Below, piece by piece: positions 31,226-42,927 of a stretch of DNA of 64,000 bases; positions within the stretch are counted from its first letter, which is position 1; the number at the start of each line of letters is the position of its first letter. The notes under the pieces were generated by a model that was not told the DNA's origin, made no database searches, and was given only the letters and a program-made list of their open reading frames with translations. The stretch comes from Minutocellus sp. GHC0000111 (Eukaryota): contig OZ361259.1 of NCBI GenBank assembly GCA_977018835.1, forward strand, positions 2,542,001 to 2,606,000, in the 5' to 3' direction. A program made the translations under genes and the position numbers.

Positions 31226-34200
31226 ATGACCGCCTCCGAGACCGCCCTGTTCGACCGCGTCCGCCAGTCCGGCACCTGCCCGCCCTCTCTCCTCAAGGAG
31301 GGTGGGTTCGGGGAGGGAGACGACGGCTTCGCCGCCGCGGTCCTGTCGGTTCTCGACGGCGCTACCGGTACGTTCCCCACCGGCAGCCGCCGCTGCCCTT
31401 TCTCGTGAACCAGGGATCCCCCTTATTTTGAAGAAACCCGGATTTGGACTCATATCCCAATGCTGGCTCTCATATCTTTTGATCCCCCTTTCTCTCTTCT
31501 CACAGGCATTTCTCTACGATCCGATGCTTCGGCCGGAACTGAGTTCGACAAGGCCATCAAGGTACGTAATGTATGATGCGAACGTTACTGGCTTGGAAAC
31601 CATTGAGCAAAGGTTGGAGCTTTTCCTGTGAATGATTCGAGACGGGACGTTGGACCTTTTTTTGTTTGCCTCGTTTCTTTTCGGATGGGAGGGATGAGGC
31701 TGCCTTTGGGTACCCCTTCGTGTTCCCCCCTTGAACCTTGATGATTGTTGCTGGATCGAACCATCCACTGCGTTCGCCGCGTATCTCTACGGTGCGTCGA
31801 TGCGACCAAAAGCCATTTTAGCTGCGATACCCTCCGTCAGCGCCTTCCTTGCCTATACCATATGCCACCAATGCCCTACTCTGGTATCCCATCGAGGGGG
31901 AAGATCTACCGACGTAAGATCCACCCAGCGCATTGCCATTGGCGAAGTTCTTCTATGCTCCCGATGCATCAAGATGTATCCTTGTGAGACTGATATCATG
32001 AGTCCACCTTCTCATGACGAGTCAAGCACTGGGCCAGCCCGGCAGTATGTTCCGCCGACACCTTCGGGGACGGACTGCTGCCCATGGAATATCGGGTTTG
32101 AGCTCTATCTTCCACTTTGCTCGGCTCCTTCTCGACAGACAGAGCTTACTTTGTCGTCTGCTGGCCACGAAGCTAGCCGGTACAATTTGGTTGGTGGGCT
32201 CTTGCGCTTATAAGACGGCGAGAGGGAAAGTTACTTATACAAATACAGAAAAAATGCATTGGCAAACAAACCGTAGTACTCTTATGTACGTTACGTATTG
32301 GCATTTTATGAACCGACTTGCGGCAGTAGCGTAGGCGTATGCCACGTAGGCCTAGCAATCATCAGCATCACATTTTCAGGAGGGGCGAGCCATGGCAGCA
32401 TACGTTGGTAGCCGGCAATTTGACAGTCGGTACTGTCTAATTTCCCCTTCTTCGGTGTCAAAGACTTGAATTGCCACGACTCTGGCACGGTCACCGTGTG
32501 AAAAGCAGTCGGCGTTATTCCGGGCTCGTCAAATCATGGCTGGAACTATCACTATCTCTTGGGAAACAAATCAACAAAAACAACAACACATTGGTATTAT
32601 GCACCTACATATTCCTTAGCGCATAGCGTAGAATACTTATTGGGTAGTCGCGAGCTGGCGATTGTTTTCTATATTTCTTGGTCAGGTTGGGCATCATTCA
32701 ATTCGATTTTTATCTTTCTTGGAATTTCTTTGAGACCAAGTTACGGCTTTCTCGCTTTGTTTTTGTTTCGGGATTCTGCTGGACTAGCAAAGGACGCAGA
32801 TGGCCAGCATCTTTCGATTAGGATTGCGTCGTTGCTCGAGCTACGTAGCTACCGGCGTCATTGATATATCCAAAACCCGCCACCAGACTCTATGGAATAT
32901 CTCACCTGTTTTATATTACCTTATTCCTTCTCTTCTCTTGTAGATGGCAAGCAGCGTTCTCGATATCCCCGGTAATATCGACCTCGAAGCCAAAGGTGCC
33001 ATGCTTGCTCAGCGTAGAGCCGTCCTGTTGTCGGTGATTGGGTCCACTCCAGCAAGCAACGAGGCCGTTTCGACTGTGCTGAACAATGGATTTATAGGGA
33101 CCATCAAAGCCTGGCTCGACGACGTACTGAATAGCGTCGTTGGTGGTGTCGATCTTCTCCTGCACTTACTCGACAGTGTGGCTCTGCTCCCAGTCACCAA
33201 GGATATGATCACCAAGACGGGCGCTGGGAAGGCTATCACCGCAATCAAATCCCATTCCATTTGCAAGGGCACACCGAATGAGAGTGCTATCAAGGAGCGA
33301 TGTGCCAAGGTCAAAGAGGAGTGGAGCGCGTCGGTCCGAGCGCGGAAGAATCAAAAGCCTGTCGCTTCACCCCCTAAACCAGTGACCAATACGGCCAAGC
33401 GTCCCCTTCAAGTCGCAACCTCGTCCACGATGGCACCGCTACCGAAAAAGGCCAAGGTTACGACCAGTACTTCATCTCCTACAGCTGTCAAGAAGAAGAC
33501 TTCTCTGTCTTTATCGAGTATGCTCAAGAAAGTTGGGGACAAGCCGGCTACTGTCTCGAAAAAGAGTGCCGACACCTCGAAGCAGCCTCAATCTGCGACT
33601 GAAACTGCGCAGCAAAAGGCCAAGGGAGGAGGTGAAGAAATGAAGAAGTCGGTAGATAGCCAGTCTCAGCAGGCTGGTTCGGTTGTCATTGAGGAGAAGA
33701 AAGAGGCGGATGATAAAGTTATATCCGAAACGGCTGCCCCTCCGGCGGCACCTACTAGTGCCATGTCATCCAATTCGAAGTCCAAATCGGCGAAATCTGT
33801 GAGCTGGGCGGATCAGTCCGGCCAGGCTCTGGAGCAATCCCACGAGTTCTCAGGAGAGCAGAATCCTTCCGAGAAGACAGAAAAGAAACCGGAAAAGACT
33901 CTGGCTTCCTGGAGCGAACGCCGTAAGAGGGATAGGATGAGAGAGAAGGAACTGCTTGCCGAACACAAGGCTCAATTCCGGTGAGTATCTCTTTCAATTT
34001 CAACTAGCCCCAAACTTTATTTCTTTTTCTATCTGCTCCAGTCGTCGATGACCTTTTCCATTAACCATCGCACAATCCTCTGCCCTTCTCTTATTCACAG
34101 CAAAGCGAAGCTCTTTGACGTCGACCCCGATGTCGATATGGAGCCCAGTGCCCCGTCAATGACTGCCACGGTGCGCTGGAGCAAGCCAACGCCCCTCCCT

Positions 34201-35484
34201 GCCGATCCCAAGAATCCTCCTGTCCAAGTGGATTCGAAAGAGTTTGTTTCCCAGACGGCTCGAATGGCATCGGTACCAGCCGTGAACTTCATATCGGACA
34301 CCGATGTTCCTAGCAATCCCAACCCTTTGACTGATATTGAGCAGGCTCTCGAGTTTACCAGCCAAGCCTCCGCTACCGCACCCGAATCTATTCCCTGGGT
34401 TCCACCGCCTCCACAGCCCCAAGCTCCAGCTCCTGCAGCGGCACTCCTTGATCAAATGGCGGGGGCTTTCTCCTCGGCCGCTTCGAGCGGAGCGTCGATC
34501 GAACAGGTTCAGGCGATGGGCTTGCCCCTGTTTTTGACTGGGCAGAATATTCAGGCGCTACAAACTCTAGCGTCGTCTCCGAGCCTGTTACAGACCTTCC
34601 TCGATCCAAGCGGGGCCTACGATCAGACTCGTTTGTTGCAGTTAGTTCAGACCCTGACGCAAAATCTAGCTCCATCCCAACCTGGAGCTGCGGCCGCGGT
34701 GCCAGGCTTCCAGGCCCCGGCAGCATCTGCCATGTCTTCTCATTATGGAGTAGCTGCTACAGCATATCAGCCTCCTTCGGCGTCTGCTTCTACCTTTGGA
34801 AGCTATGGCGGCGGTGGTGCCAGCAAGGGACGAGCCTACCGTGGTGATAAGAACGAGGCCGGCAACTTGCATGTGTCTGGGTATGGTCCCACCACGACCG
34901 AACATGATATTCGGAATCTCTTTGCCCCCTACGTAAACGTCGACGAGGTTGTGATGAAAAATAACTTTTCGTTTGTGAATACAAGCGACGCAGAAGGTGC
35001 GGCGCGTGCGAAGGAGATTTTGAATGGCAGCTTGCTTGGAGGCATGCCGATTCGGGTGAACCCGGCGACAAGGAAAACCAGCAATGCTGGCGCATCCTTT
35101 GGACTTTCTGCGGCTCCAGTTCCAGCACCCGCTGCACCTGTGCCCCGAGATATTAATGGTCAGATCCAGTATGATCAGGTCCGGGACGACAAAGGTAATG
35201 TCGCGACAAAGAACCTTTTTGTTGCTGGCTACGGACTGAATACTACCGAGCAACAGCTACGAGAAGTCTTTGCTCCTCATTGCACAGTAACAAGCGTTGC
35301 TATGAAGTCCACTTTTGCCTTTGTGAATACGAATGATCGCATTGCCGCCATTCATGCCCGAGAGGCGCTCACTGGCGCCATTCTCAATGGAGGGGCCCTT
35401 CGAATCAACTTTGCCAAGGAGACAGGACGACTTGGCACGAGCTTTGATTCTGGTGGTTCGAGATATGGCCCCGGCGGCTTTTAG
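31226..35484 (+). CDS. PNUTS-like protein: TFIIS N-terminal (TND) domain, PP1-docking KSVSW motif, two RRMs. Exons 31226..31367, 31506..31561, 32944..33980, 34101..35484
   Basis: Splice sites are GT..AG with consistent phases (1, 0, 2). TND: TIKAWL...LLLHLLDSVALLPVTKDMITKTGAGKAI...KVKEEW. RVxF-type motif KSVSWAD. RRMs: NLHVSGY...FSFVN...IRVNPA and NLFVAGY...FAFVN...LRINFAK. Confidence 0.8.
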
Positions 35485-35763
35485 GAGCGCTAAAGCTAAA
35501 GATTCTAACCCGCACAATAACATCTAGAAATCTAATGCTATTGTAGACTTGATTTGTGCATGGATCATCGTCCTTACCGGTACTTTTGTCCATTAGGAAT
35601 TCCTACATGTACATGTATGATGACCTGCTGGCTCGAGAGTTTCGCATTCGAGTGGGTCTTTCCGTCGTCCAATATCTTGGCGGTACCGCGACCTCAACTT
35701 CAGAAGAGCTTGCGGGGGAGCAGATACTACTACCCTCCCATCGCATCCGATATAATATTGAAA

Positions 35764-36906
35764 ATGAGTGCAGCAGTCGCAGCGAATATGCCATCGGCTG
35801 CAAGGGTGGGCATGGCCGTCTCCCGAACCATTGCCGCCATGCGATCAGCAAGGCGGGCCATGCCACCAGATGCCAAAGTAGGATTTGTGCCAACCATGGG
35901 TGCATTGCACGATGGTGAGTTAGTCTCTACCCCCAGCCAAAACGAATGTTTTGCGACATGAAATGCGCTAAATTCTATTTTGCTTATTGCTCAATAATCT
36001 TCTCTCTCATGACTTACATGCATCGCAACCCGTCAGGCCACCTGTCGCTCGTAAAGGCGGCCCGAGCGGAGAATGAGATCGTTGTTGCATCGATCTTTGT
36101 CAACCCAACCCAATTTGGAGAGGGGGAGGATCTGGACAAATACCCTCGACAGCTTCAAAAAGATTCAGAACTGCTGACAGAAATGGGAGTGGTAAGTTTA
36201 AATAAATGACAACGGAAATGGACCTGAGTACACAAAGCTTTGTGCCTCGTGAAACCCTGTTCTCTAACTTTTCGCTGCTACATTCTTTAACTAACTTTGA
36301 TAGGACCATCTATTTGCACCAGAAGCAGATAGTATGTATGGAAAGCATCATGTCACATATGTCGATCCGACAGGGTTTGATGACATTGCCGAGGGAAGGT
36401 CACGGCCTGGGCATTTTCGAGGAGTTGCAACAGTGGTAACAAAACTATTCAATATTGTTCAGCCAACAAACGCCTACTTTGGTCAGATGGATGCAGCGCA
36501 GTGCGTCCTCATTCGTCGGATAGTGGAAGATTTGAATATGGATCTCAACATTAATGTTATGGATACTATTCGAGAAGCGGATGGATTGGCAATGTCAAGT
36601 AGGAATGCGTATCTGACCCCAGAAGAGAGATTTGTGGCACCGATTGTATACAAGTCTTTGTGTGCTGCACGGGATGCCTATCTTGTCAAGAAGAGCAGCG
36701 GAGAGCTACCAATTCCGGCAACTGAATTGTCACAGACTGTGTGCGATGTGCTTGGGAGTGAACCCTTGGTGAGTGAAATCCAATATGCATCCGTTGACAA
36801 TAGAGCAACGTTTCAGCCGTTGAGTGAAGTAGATGAAGAGGGAGCGGTTGTTAGCCTGGCGTGCAAGGTTGGGTCAGTTCGTCTTATTGACAATATTGTA
36901 TTGTAA
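35764..36906 (+). CDS. panC: Pantoate--beta-alanine ligase. Exons 35764..35914, 36037..36191, 36304..36906
   Basis: [89 protein letters not shown]. Two canonical introns. Confidence 0.96.
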
Positions 36907-37266
36907 ACCACGTAAATTAGATTCTGTATGCAGATGCATTGCTCCCTCCAGGAGCTAAGTTCGAATATACTTGTGGATTATCCTTCATTCGATGGCTGAC
37001 CATCTACGCTACCGTACATGTATGTACTGAATGTGCCTTTGATTGCTCTCATACCGGCTGTCGAGGAGGCGAGGCACGCACCATTCTCGAATTCCCACGT
37101 GCGTCATCGTGTCGCGGGTGTGCGAGGTCTCTTCTCTAGAGTCTTGCCGCTTCCTTCGCTTGGCCGCTCATTTTTGTTCGAGAGAACCACAGAGCGAACG
37201 TTGTGCTCTACTTCCATCGCGCCGGTGGGCATCACAATCGCCACCACGCAGAGCAACACATTTATC

Positions 37267-39123
37267 ATGTTTGCGTCTATCGCCCGTCATACTGCTACGA
37301 GGGTCGCTTCTTCTTCTGGACGTCGGTCAGCAGCAGCGATCGGCGGTAGCCAGCACGTGTTTTTTGTCAGACACAAATCCCAGGCCGCAATTGCCACAGA
37401 CGATGCCAACGAGAACGACAACCCTGCCGACGAAGTGGTTGGGTTCCCCTCTGATGAAAAGGGCGTAGAGGTTCCCGTTTTGCTCAACTCGAAGGAGCAT
37501 GCAGTCGGATATCTTAGCAAGGTGCTGAACGCCCGAGTCTACGAGGCGTCCGTCGAGACCGAATTGCAGCACGCCAAGAACCTGAGCGCCCTGCTCAACA
37601 ATAAGGTCTACCTGAAGAGGGAAGACACGCAGCCAGTGTTTTCCTTCAAGATCCGTGGCGCATACAACAAAATGGCGCATTTGACGCGAGAGGAATTGGA
37701 CCGAGGCGTCGTGGCGTGCTCGGCAGGCAACCATGCTCAGGGCGTTGCGCTATCGGCACGCAAGTTGGGTTGTCGGGCGGTCATCGTAATGCCCCTAGCC
37801 ACGCCATCCATCAAGGTGAACTCGGTGCGAGTGCACGGTGGACCTACAGTGGAAGTTCGTCTCTTTGGAAACAACTACGACGAAGCCGCGGCTGAAGCGA
37901 AGCGTTTGAATCAGGAGGAAGGACTTGCCATGATCCATCCCTTTGACGACCCCTTCGTAATTGCCGGGCAAGGAACCATCGGAATGGAAGTGCTGAAGGA
38001 ACGCGTCAGTGGACCACTGGATGCCATCTTTGTTTGCTGTGGTGGGGGTGGCATGCTTGCTGGTATCGCTGCCTACGTGAAGCGAGTTCGGCCGAGTGTC
38101 AAGGTTATTGGCGTTGAAGCTGCAGATGCGGCGGGCATGACAGCCTCCATCCGAGAGGGCAAGGTCGTGACATTGCCCTCGGTTGGATTGTTTGCCGATG
38201 GTGCGGCTGTCAAGACAATCGGCAGCGAAACATTCCGCGTATGCAACAAGCTCGTTGACGACATGATTACGGTCGATACTGACCAGATTTGTAATGCTAT
38301 CAAGCTGAGTTACAATGATGCGTAAGTGCCAACCGAGCCATGCTGTGCTCGCAATGCAATTTTTGCTCTTTACACCTGTTCTAATCATTTCAATCCCCCC
38401 CAACGCTCATTTGTTTGCCGCCATAGTCGTGTGGTTCTTGAGCCAGCGGGTGCCTTGGGAGTTGCTGGAATGAAGAAATATGTCGAAGAAAATGGTATAA
38501 CGGGTCAAACAATGGTCGCTATTACGTCGGGAGCCAATATGGACTTTGATCGGCTTCGCTTTGTATCGGAGCGCGCCGATGGGTCTGAACGATCGCTTGC
38601 GGTGACTATCCCGGAAAAGCCCGGGGCATTTAGGGCGCTTTACAATCTCATATGGCCGCGAAATGTGACGGAGTTTTCCTATCGATTTGAGACAGAGCAA
38701 AGGGCTAATATCTTCATCTCGTTCCAGAAGTTGATGGGTGTTGAAGATGACTTTGAGAAGACGGTAGATATCTTGCATGACAACGACTTCAAGTGTTATG
38801 ATCTCTCTCACAACGATCTTGCAAAGACTCATCTTCGGCACTTGGCTGGTGGGCGTGCGGCTGTCCCCCATGAGCGGTTATTTCGATTCAACTTTCCTGA
38901 GTCGCCCGGGGCGCTGCAAAGGTTCCTGCATTCCCTAGACATGTCCTGGAACGTTTCTCTATTCCACTACAGAAATCACGGGCATGATTTTGGACGAGTA
39001 TTGGTTGGCATTCAAGTCCCTGATGAGACCGGAGATATACAAACCTTTTTGGACAATCTTGGCTATGAATATACAGATGAAACGGATAATCCGGCGTACA
39101 ACACATTCCTGAAGACCTCGTAA
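37267..39123 (+). CDS. ilvA: Biosynthetic threonine dehydratase with organellar presequence and C-terminal regulatory domains; intron 38322..38426
   Basis: YLKREDTQPVFSFKIRGAYNK, SAGNHAQGVA, HPFDDP.VIAGQGTIG, GGGGM, EPAGAL, SGANMDFDRLR, IPEKPGAF, FPESPGAL, SLFHYRNHG. Confidence 0.96.
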
Positions 39124-39182
39124 GAGACGGCGTCGTGGATTCACATCAAAGTAATGTATAATTGATCACTATCATGATTTAT

Positions 39183-41171
39183 CTACGCTGCTAGCTCTTC
39201 TTTTCTCCGCTTCTTTGATGACCCCCTTTTCTTCGATTTTCGCTCGTGCTTCTTTCTTTTCTTATCACCAACCCCCTCCGACCCTATGCGCGCGCGCAAG
39301 GCAGGGACGAGCCTTTGCTGGTACTGAAAGTGCTGCAACATCGTTATAGCGGATGCCTTAGCGTCTTGCGCACAATCATCGCTGGGCATAATGCCCGCTT
39401 TGACCACAGGAACATCAAGCTTCTCAAAAACTGAAGCATAGCTGCTCTCATCCAACCCGACGGCTTTGTCACTATTTATGGACAGATTCGCAAAAATAAG
39501 CTCGTTCGAGGTATTGCCGCCTTGAATATCGAGATCCGAATATACTCGGTCTACAAGAGATGGTTCATCTGGAGCGGAACATTTCGGATAAAATTCAATA
39601 CAGTAGCAAATAGAATCTTCTGGGACTTCCAGGCTCTTGCGCCAACCTTTGATACTCTTCTTTACAAAGCGCTTGATCGAAGACTCCTCCTGCTTAGACG
39701 CTTCATCACGTTTATGGCACAATGCCACCAGAATTTGATACTCTGAGGGTGCGGCTTGATGTTTCTCTGCCAATGTTTTTACCAGATCTTCTTGCTCGAG
39801 CAATAATATCACACCGTCTCGAAACACAATTGAAAGTGCATTTTCAAGAACGATCGGCGAAGTGTCCGAGGATACAGAGGACGACGCTAGCTTCGAGCGC
39901 CACAGAGTGCATACGCAAAGCCGGACCAAACACCATATCTCACGAGACCTTGCATTCAAGTCATGTGTCAATTCAGCCGAGCTTATTGATGTGTTGCATA
40001 GAACATGAAGACGCCTCTTTCCACGATGAGCTGTTACGATATCGGTCTCTTTGTTCGCATGTAACATCCCCTGCTTCCTCTTCCACATGTGCCAAGCGGC
40101 TGGACCAAGAGCTCCAACAGCATTGTGATATGTCACCACCGACAAGATTTTAGATGTAAACTCGGGTACTGGCCCTAATCGACAGCTGAGTAGTGGAATT
40201 TTCAATTCAGAACATGCTTTTGCCAACATTGAATTCTCCTTAGTCGTCATGTCTCTCACTGCGCCCAGAAAGAGACATAGCCTCGCGGGGCCACTCGTTT
40301 CATCTCTGATACTGTTCCAGCAAGGTAGCTCGTTGTCCATCGATTCATGCAACACAGCAGCCATGACCGGTAGCGGTGCTGTAGAATCGCCATTTGTTCT
40401 ATTGCCGTCATCTCCCTTCGATCCTCTGAATCGGTCGAGAAGAATAGCTCGGAACGTTTTCTCTGTATTCTCTTCTGCAGCCCTTTGAATATTCTTCGCT
40501 AGCGCCGAAGATTTACTTGCAACGCCTTCACCTGAACCAACCCAATCGTTCCAGGCGGCAAAAAGCTTGGTTCGATTGGTTTTACGTAGTACGACGTCGG
40601 TACTGGAGTTCAACCGATGTTTTCTGAGAAATTCTAGGGGGCAGCGTTGTTGTATGTGCTCGAGAATGTCTCTCTTACTCTCCAGTCTCGACATGTCAAA
40701 TGCCATATCAGATGCGGTTGCTGTTGAGGACGCAGCCAAAGGTTTATCGGTGTCGTTGTTGTTGCCGTCATCAGATGCATACAACCAAGGTTCTCGAACG
40801 CATGTCACACTTGCATCAGCTGCAGTTGTTGCGCCACCGAAACCAGATGGTTTGCGCGATCGTCCAGCCTCGGATGCGGCAGATCTCCACATAGACACAA
40901 TTTTTCTCTCACTGGGCACATCGTCCCGATTCAGCCCCAGGGGCGGTGACTGCATCCTCATCACACATCCGTCCTCGTCAAAGAGAAGGCACAATTCGAC
41001 CCGATCCGGCCGCTTCTGCTTGGTGTTTCTTGGGCCGTATAGAGAGGCAGCCACGCACCGCACGAGGGCATCTCTCCTTCCCCACCATTGAGATTCGTCG
41101 AGGTTGGGTCGATAAGATTGTGCCTCGGCGCCCTTGCCCGAGCATAGGAGGCAGATGGTCAGGTCTACCAT
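39183..41171 (-). CDS. SPOUT-family RNA methyltransferase-like protein with two TrmY (DUF358)-like domains and a basic C-terminal NLS-like tail
   Basis: Domain 1: GRRDALVRCVAASLY...VPSERKIV...LCLFLGAVRDM...SCRLGPVPEFTSKILSVV. Domain 2: REIWCLVRLCVCTLWRS...APSEYQIL...ASAITMLQHF. C-terminus KKRKKHERKSKKR. Confidence 0.65.
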   Translation of the reverse strand: MVDLTICLLCSGKGAEAQSYRPNLDESQWWGRRDALVRCVAASLYGPRNTKQKRPDRVELCLLFDEDGCVMRMQSPPLGLNRDDVPSERKIVSMWRSAASEAGRSRKPSGFGGATTAADASVTCVREPWLYASDDGNNNDTDKPLAASSTATASDMAFDMSRLESKRDILEHIQQRCPLEFLRKHRLNSSTDVVLRKTNRTKLFAAWNDWVGSGEGVASKSSALAKNIQRAAEENTEKTFRAILLDRFRGSKGDDGNRTNGDSTAPLPVMAAVLHESMDNELPCWNSIRDETSGPARLCLFLGAVRDMTTKENSMLAKACSELKIPLLSCRLGPVPEFTSKILSVVTYHNAVGALGPAAWHMWKRKQGMLHANKETDIVTAHRGKRRLHVLCNTSISSAELTHDLNARSREIWCLVRLCVCTLWRSKLASSSVSSDTSPIVLENALSIVFRDGVILLLEQEDLVKTLAEKHQAAPSEYQILVALCHKRDEASKQEESSIKRFVKKSIKGWRKSLEVPEDSICYCIEFYPKCSAPDEPSLVDRVYSDLDIQGGNTSNELIFANLSINSDKAVGLDESSYASVFEKLDVPVVKAGIMPSDDCAQDAKASAITMLQHFQYQQRLVPALRARIGSEGVGDKKRKKHERKSKKRGSSKKRRKEELAA

Positions 41172-41456
41172 GATCTCCGATCAGTCACAGCACGAATCAC
41201 GGGCACAAAATGCAAAAAAGACGTGATACGCAACGCTACATGCGATCGCAAGGGACGGACTACTGGGCGGCCATGCGAGCAGCAGCTGCTGCAAAAAATG
41301 GTGGCGATGCCGTGTGCCGCCGCCGCTGCAGCTCGCGTGACGACGGACGGACTGAAAATTGGCTCATTCTTCCATTTTTTTTGTCGCATGCGTTATCAGC
41401 AGAAGTCATCCGAAGGAAGGCGACATGACGGAGCGGCGCGGAGCAACTCGGGGACA

Positions 41457-42656
41457 ATGGACCAATACGACGACATATATGACAGCATCTTGGAGGCCAC
41501 GGACGACGTGGACGAGATTTACGAGGCTTTGTCAGACCGACAGCGCATCGCTTTGGAGTTGGCACTGGAGATTGTTCAGGATGAATCTTCCGGTTCGGCG
41601 GGGGTCACCAGAGTCCAAGAGATCTTCAAGGATTCCGACGCTGCTGCCGCGATCAACACATTGATCCCTCAGATCTATGGAGAGACACTTCTGTCGAACG
41701 CATTGGGTCATTCTGCCAGTATTGTCAAGGCCTTGATTGATGCCGGTGCCGACCCCACCGTCGAAAACATGATGGACGGTGACACTCCGATTGATGCTCT
41801 ACTGGACATCTCCGAAGACGAGCGTACCGAGGATGTCAAGGAGATGATCCGGATCCTCAAAGGAAAGGGAACGACGAAGTCGCCCAGCGTAGAGGAGGAG
41901 CTGGAGGATCTTGCCCGCGAAAAGCAGAGGGAGATGATGTGGGCCTGCGAAATGGACCCTGACGAGGTCGATCCCGATAATCTGACTCCCATGCAATCGG
42001 TGTTTCTCCGAATGGCCACGAAGGAACTGGCCGATGATTCTCCTGAGGAGATTGCCTACCGCGCCGGATATAACGAGAAGATGTCCAATGCCAAGAGGCA
42101 GTACGATACTCTTCCAAAGGGCGCACGGAAGCTAATGGATGAAGCCTTCCATATCCTCGATTTGGACGATGACGAGTATCCCTACTACGAGTCTCCCGAG
42201 CAGGCCCTGGCCAGAATCAGGGCAATTTTCGGGCCCGGGTCGGAAAAAGATCTCAACGTCAATCTCCTTAGCTACAAGGAGGGCGAGGGCCTCCTGTTCA
42301 GGGCCGTGTCCAACCCCTGCTTCGCCTACGATGAAAAGGAAGAGATTCAGGTGGAACTGGTCAAATTCCTCCTTCAAGAGAAGGGTGCCGACCCAAACAT
42401 CGAGAATGTCATGGACCGTACCACCGCTCTGGACTGGATCGATGATTCGTATGGCGGCGGCGATCTAGATGACATGACGCCCTCCATGATGGAGGCCGAA
42501 CGCCTCCTTATGGAAGCCGGAGCCAAGGTCCTCCCTCGCGATGATATGGGGAAAATCATCGGCGAACGCGGCGAGGGAGAAGGGTGGCTCGCTACAGCTC
42601 GGCGTGAGAAGGCAGAGGAAGCTGCTACTGATGCTTCTGCCTCCTCCTATTCCTAA
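41457..42656 (+). CDS. Acidic ankyrin-repeat protein with two internally duplicated modules
   Basis: GETLLSNAL...IVKALIDAGADPTVENMMDGDTPID and GEGLLFRAV...LVKFLLQEKGADPNIENVMDRTTALD. Likely start MDQYDD at 41457. Confidence 0.8.
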   Translation: MDQYDDIYDSILEATDDVDEIYEALSDRQRIALELALEIVQDESSGSAGVTRVQEIFKDSDAAAAINTLIPQIYGETLLSNALGHSASIVKALIDAGADPTVENMMDGDTPIDALLDISEDERTEDVKEMIRILKGKGTTKSPSVEEELEDLAREKQREMMWACEMDPDEVDPDNLTPMQSVFLRMATKELADDSPEEIAYRAGYNEKMSNAKRQYDTLPKGARKLMDEAFHILDLDDDEYPYYESPEQALARIRAIFGPGSEKDLNVNLLSYKEGEGLLFRAVSNPCFAYDEKEEIQVELVKFLLQEKGADPNIENVMDRTTALDWIDDSYGGGDLDDMTPSMMEAERLLMEAGAKVLPRDDMGKIIGERGEGEGWLATARREKAEEAATDASASSYS

Positions 42657-42927
42657 TGTTTTCTTCTTTTCAACCACGAATTACATCTTCTGAGAAACTG
42701 ACAGCGTATGAATGGAGAAATGTATCAATCTCTGGGGAGATTGTACATAAAGAGCGCTCGTAGTCAAACAACTCTACTGTGCAGTAGCTCTAAAGATGAA
42801 AATCTCATGGCCACATAGATTTCTACGATCGTATTCATTCTGGAATACTGTAACAATAATTTAGATGAAAATGTCTACTATTATTTATTGCAATGGAATC
42901 ACCCATACTGTAGCTGCAGTACGAATA

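Noticed and set aside
31739..31995. Possible C/D box snoRNA in the long intron (TGATGA ... CTGA)
   Set aside because: The boxes are about 250 nt apart with no terminal stem or recognisable guide, so this is unsupported without an Infernal search.
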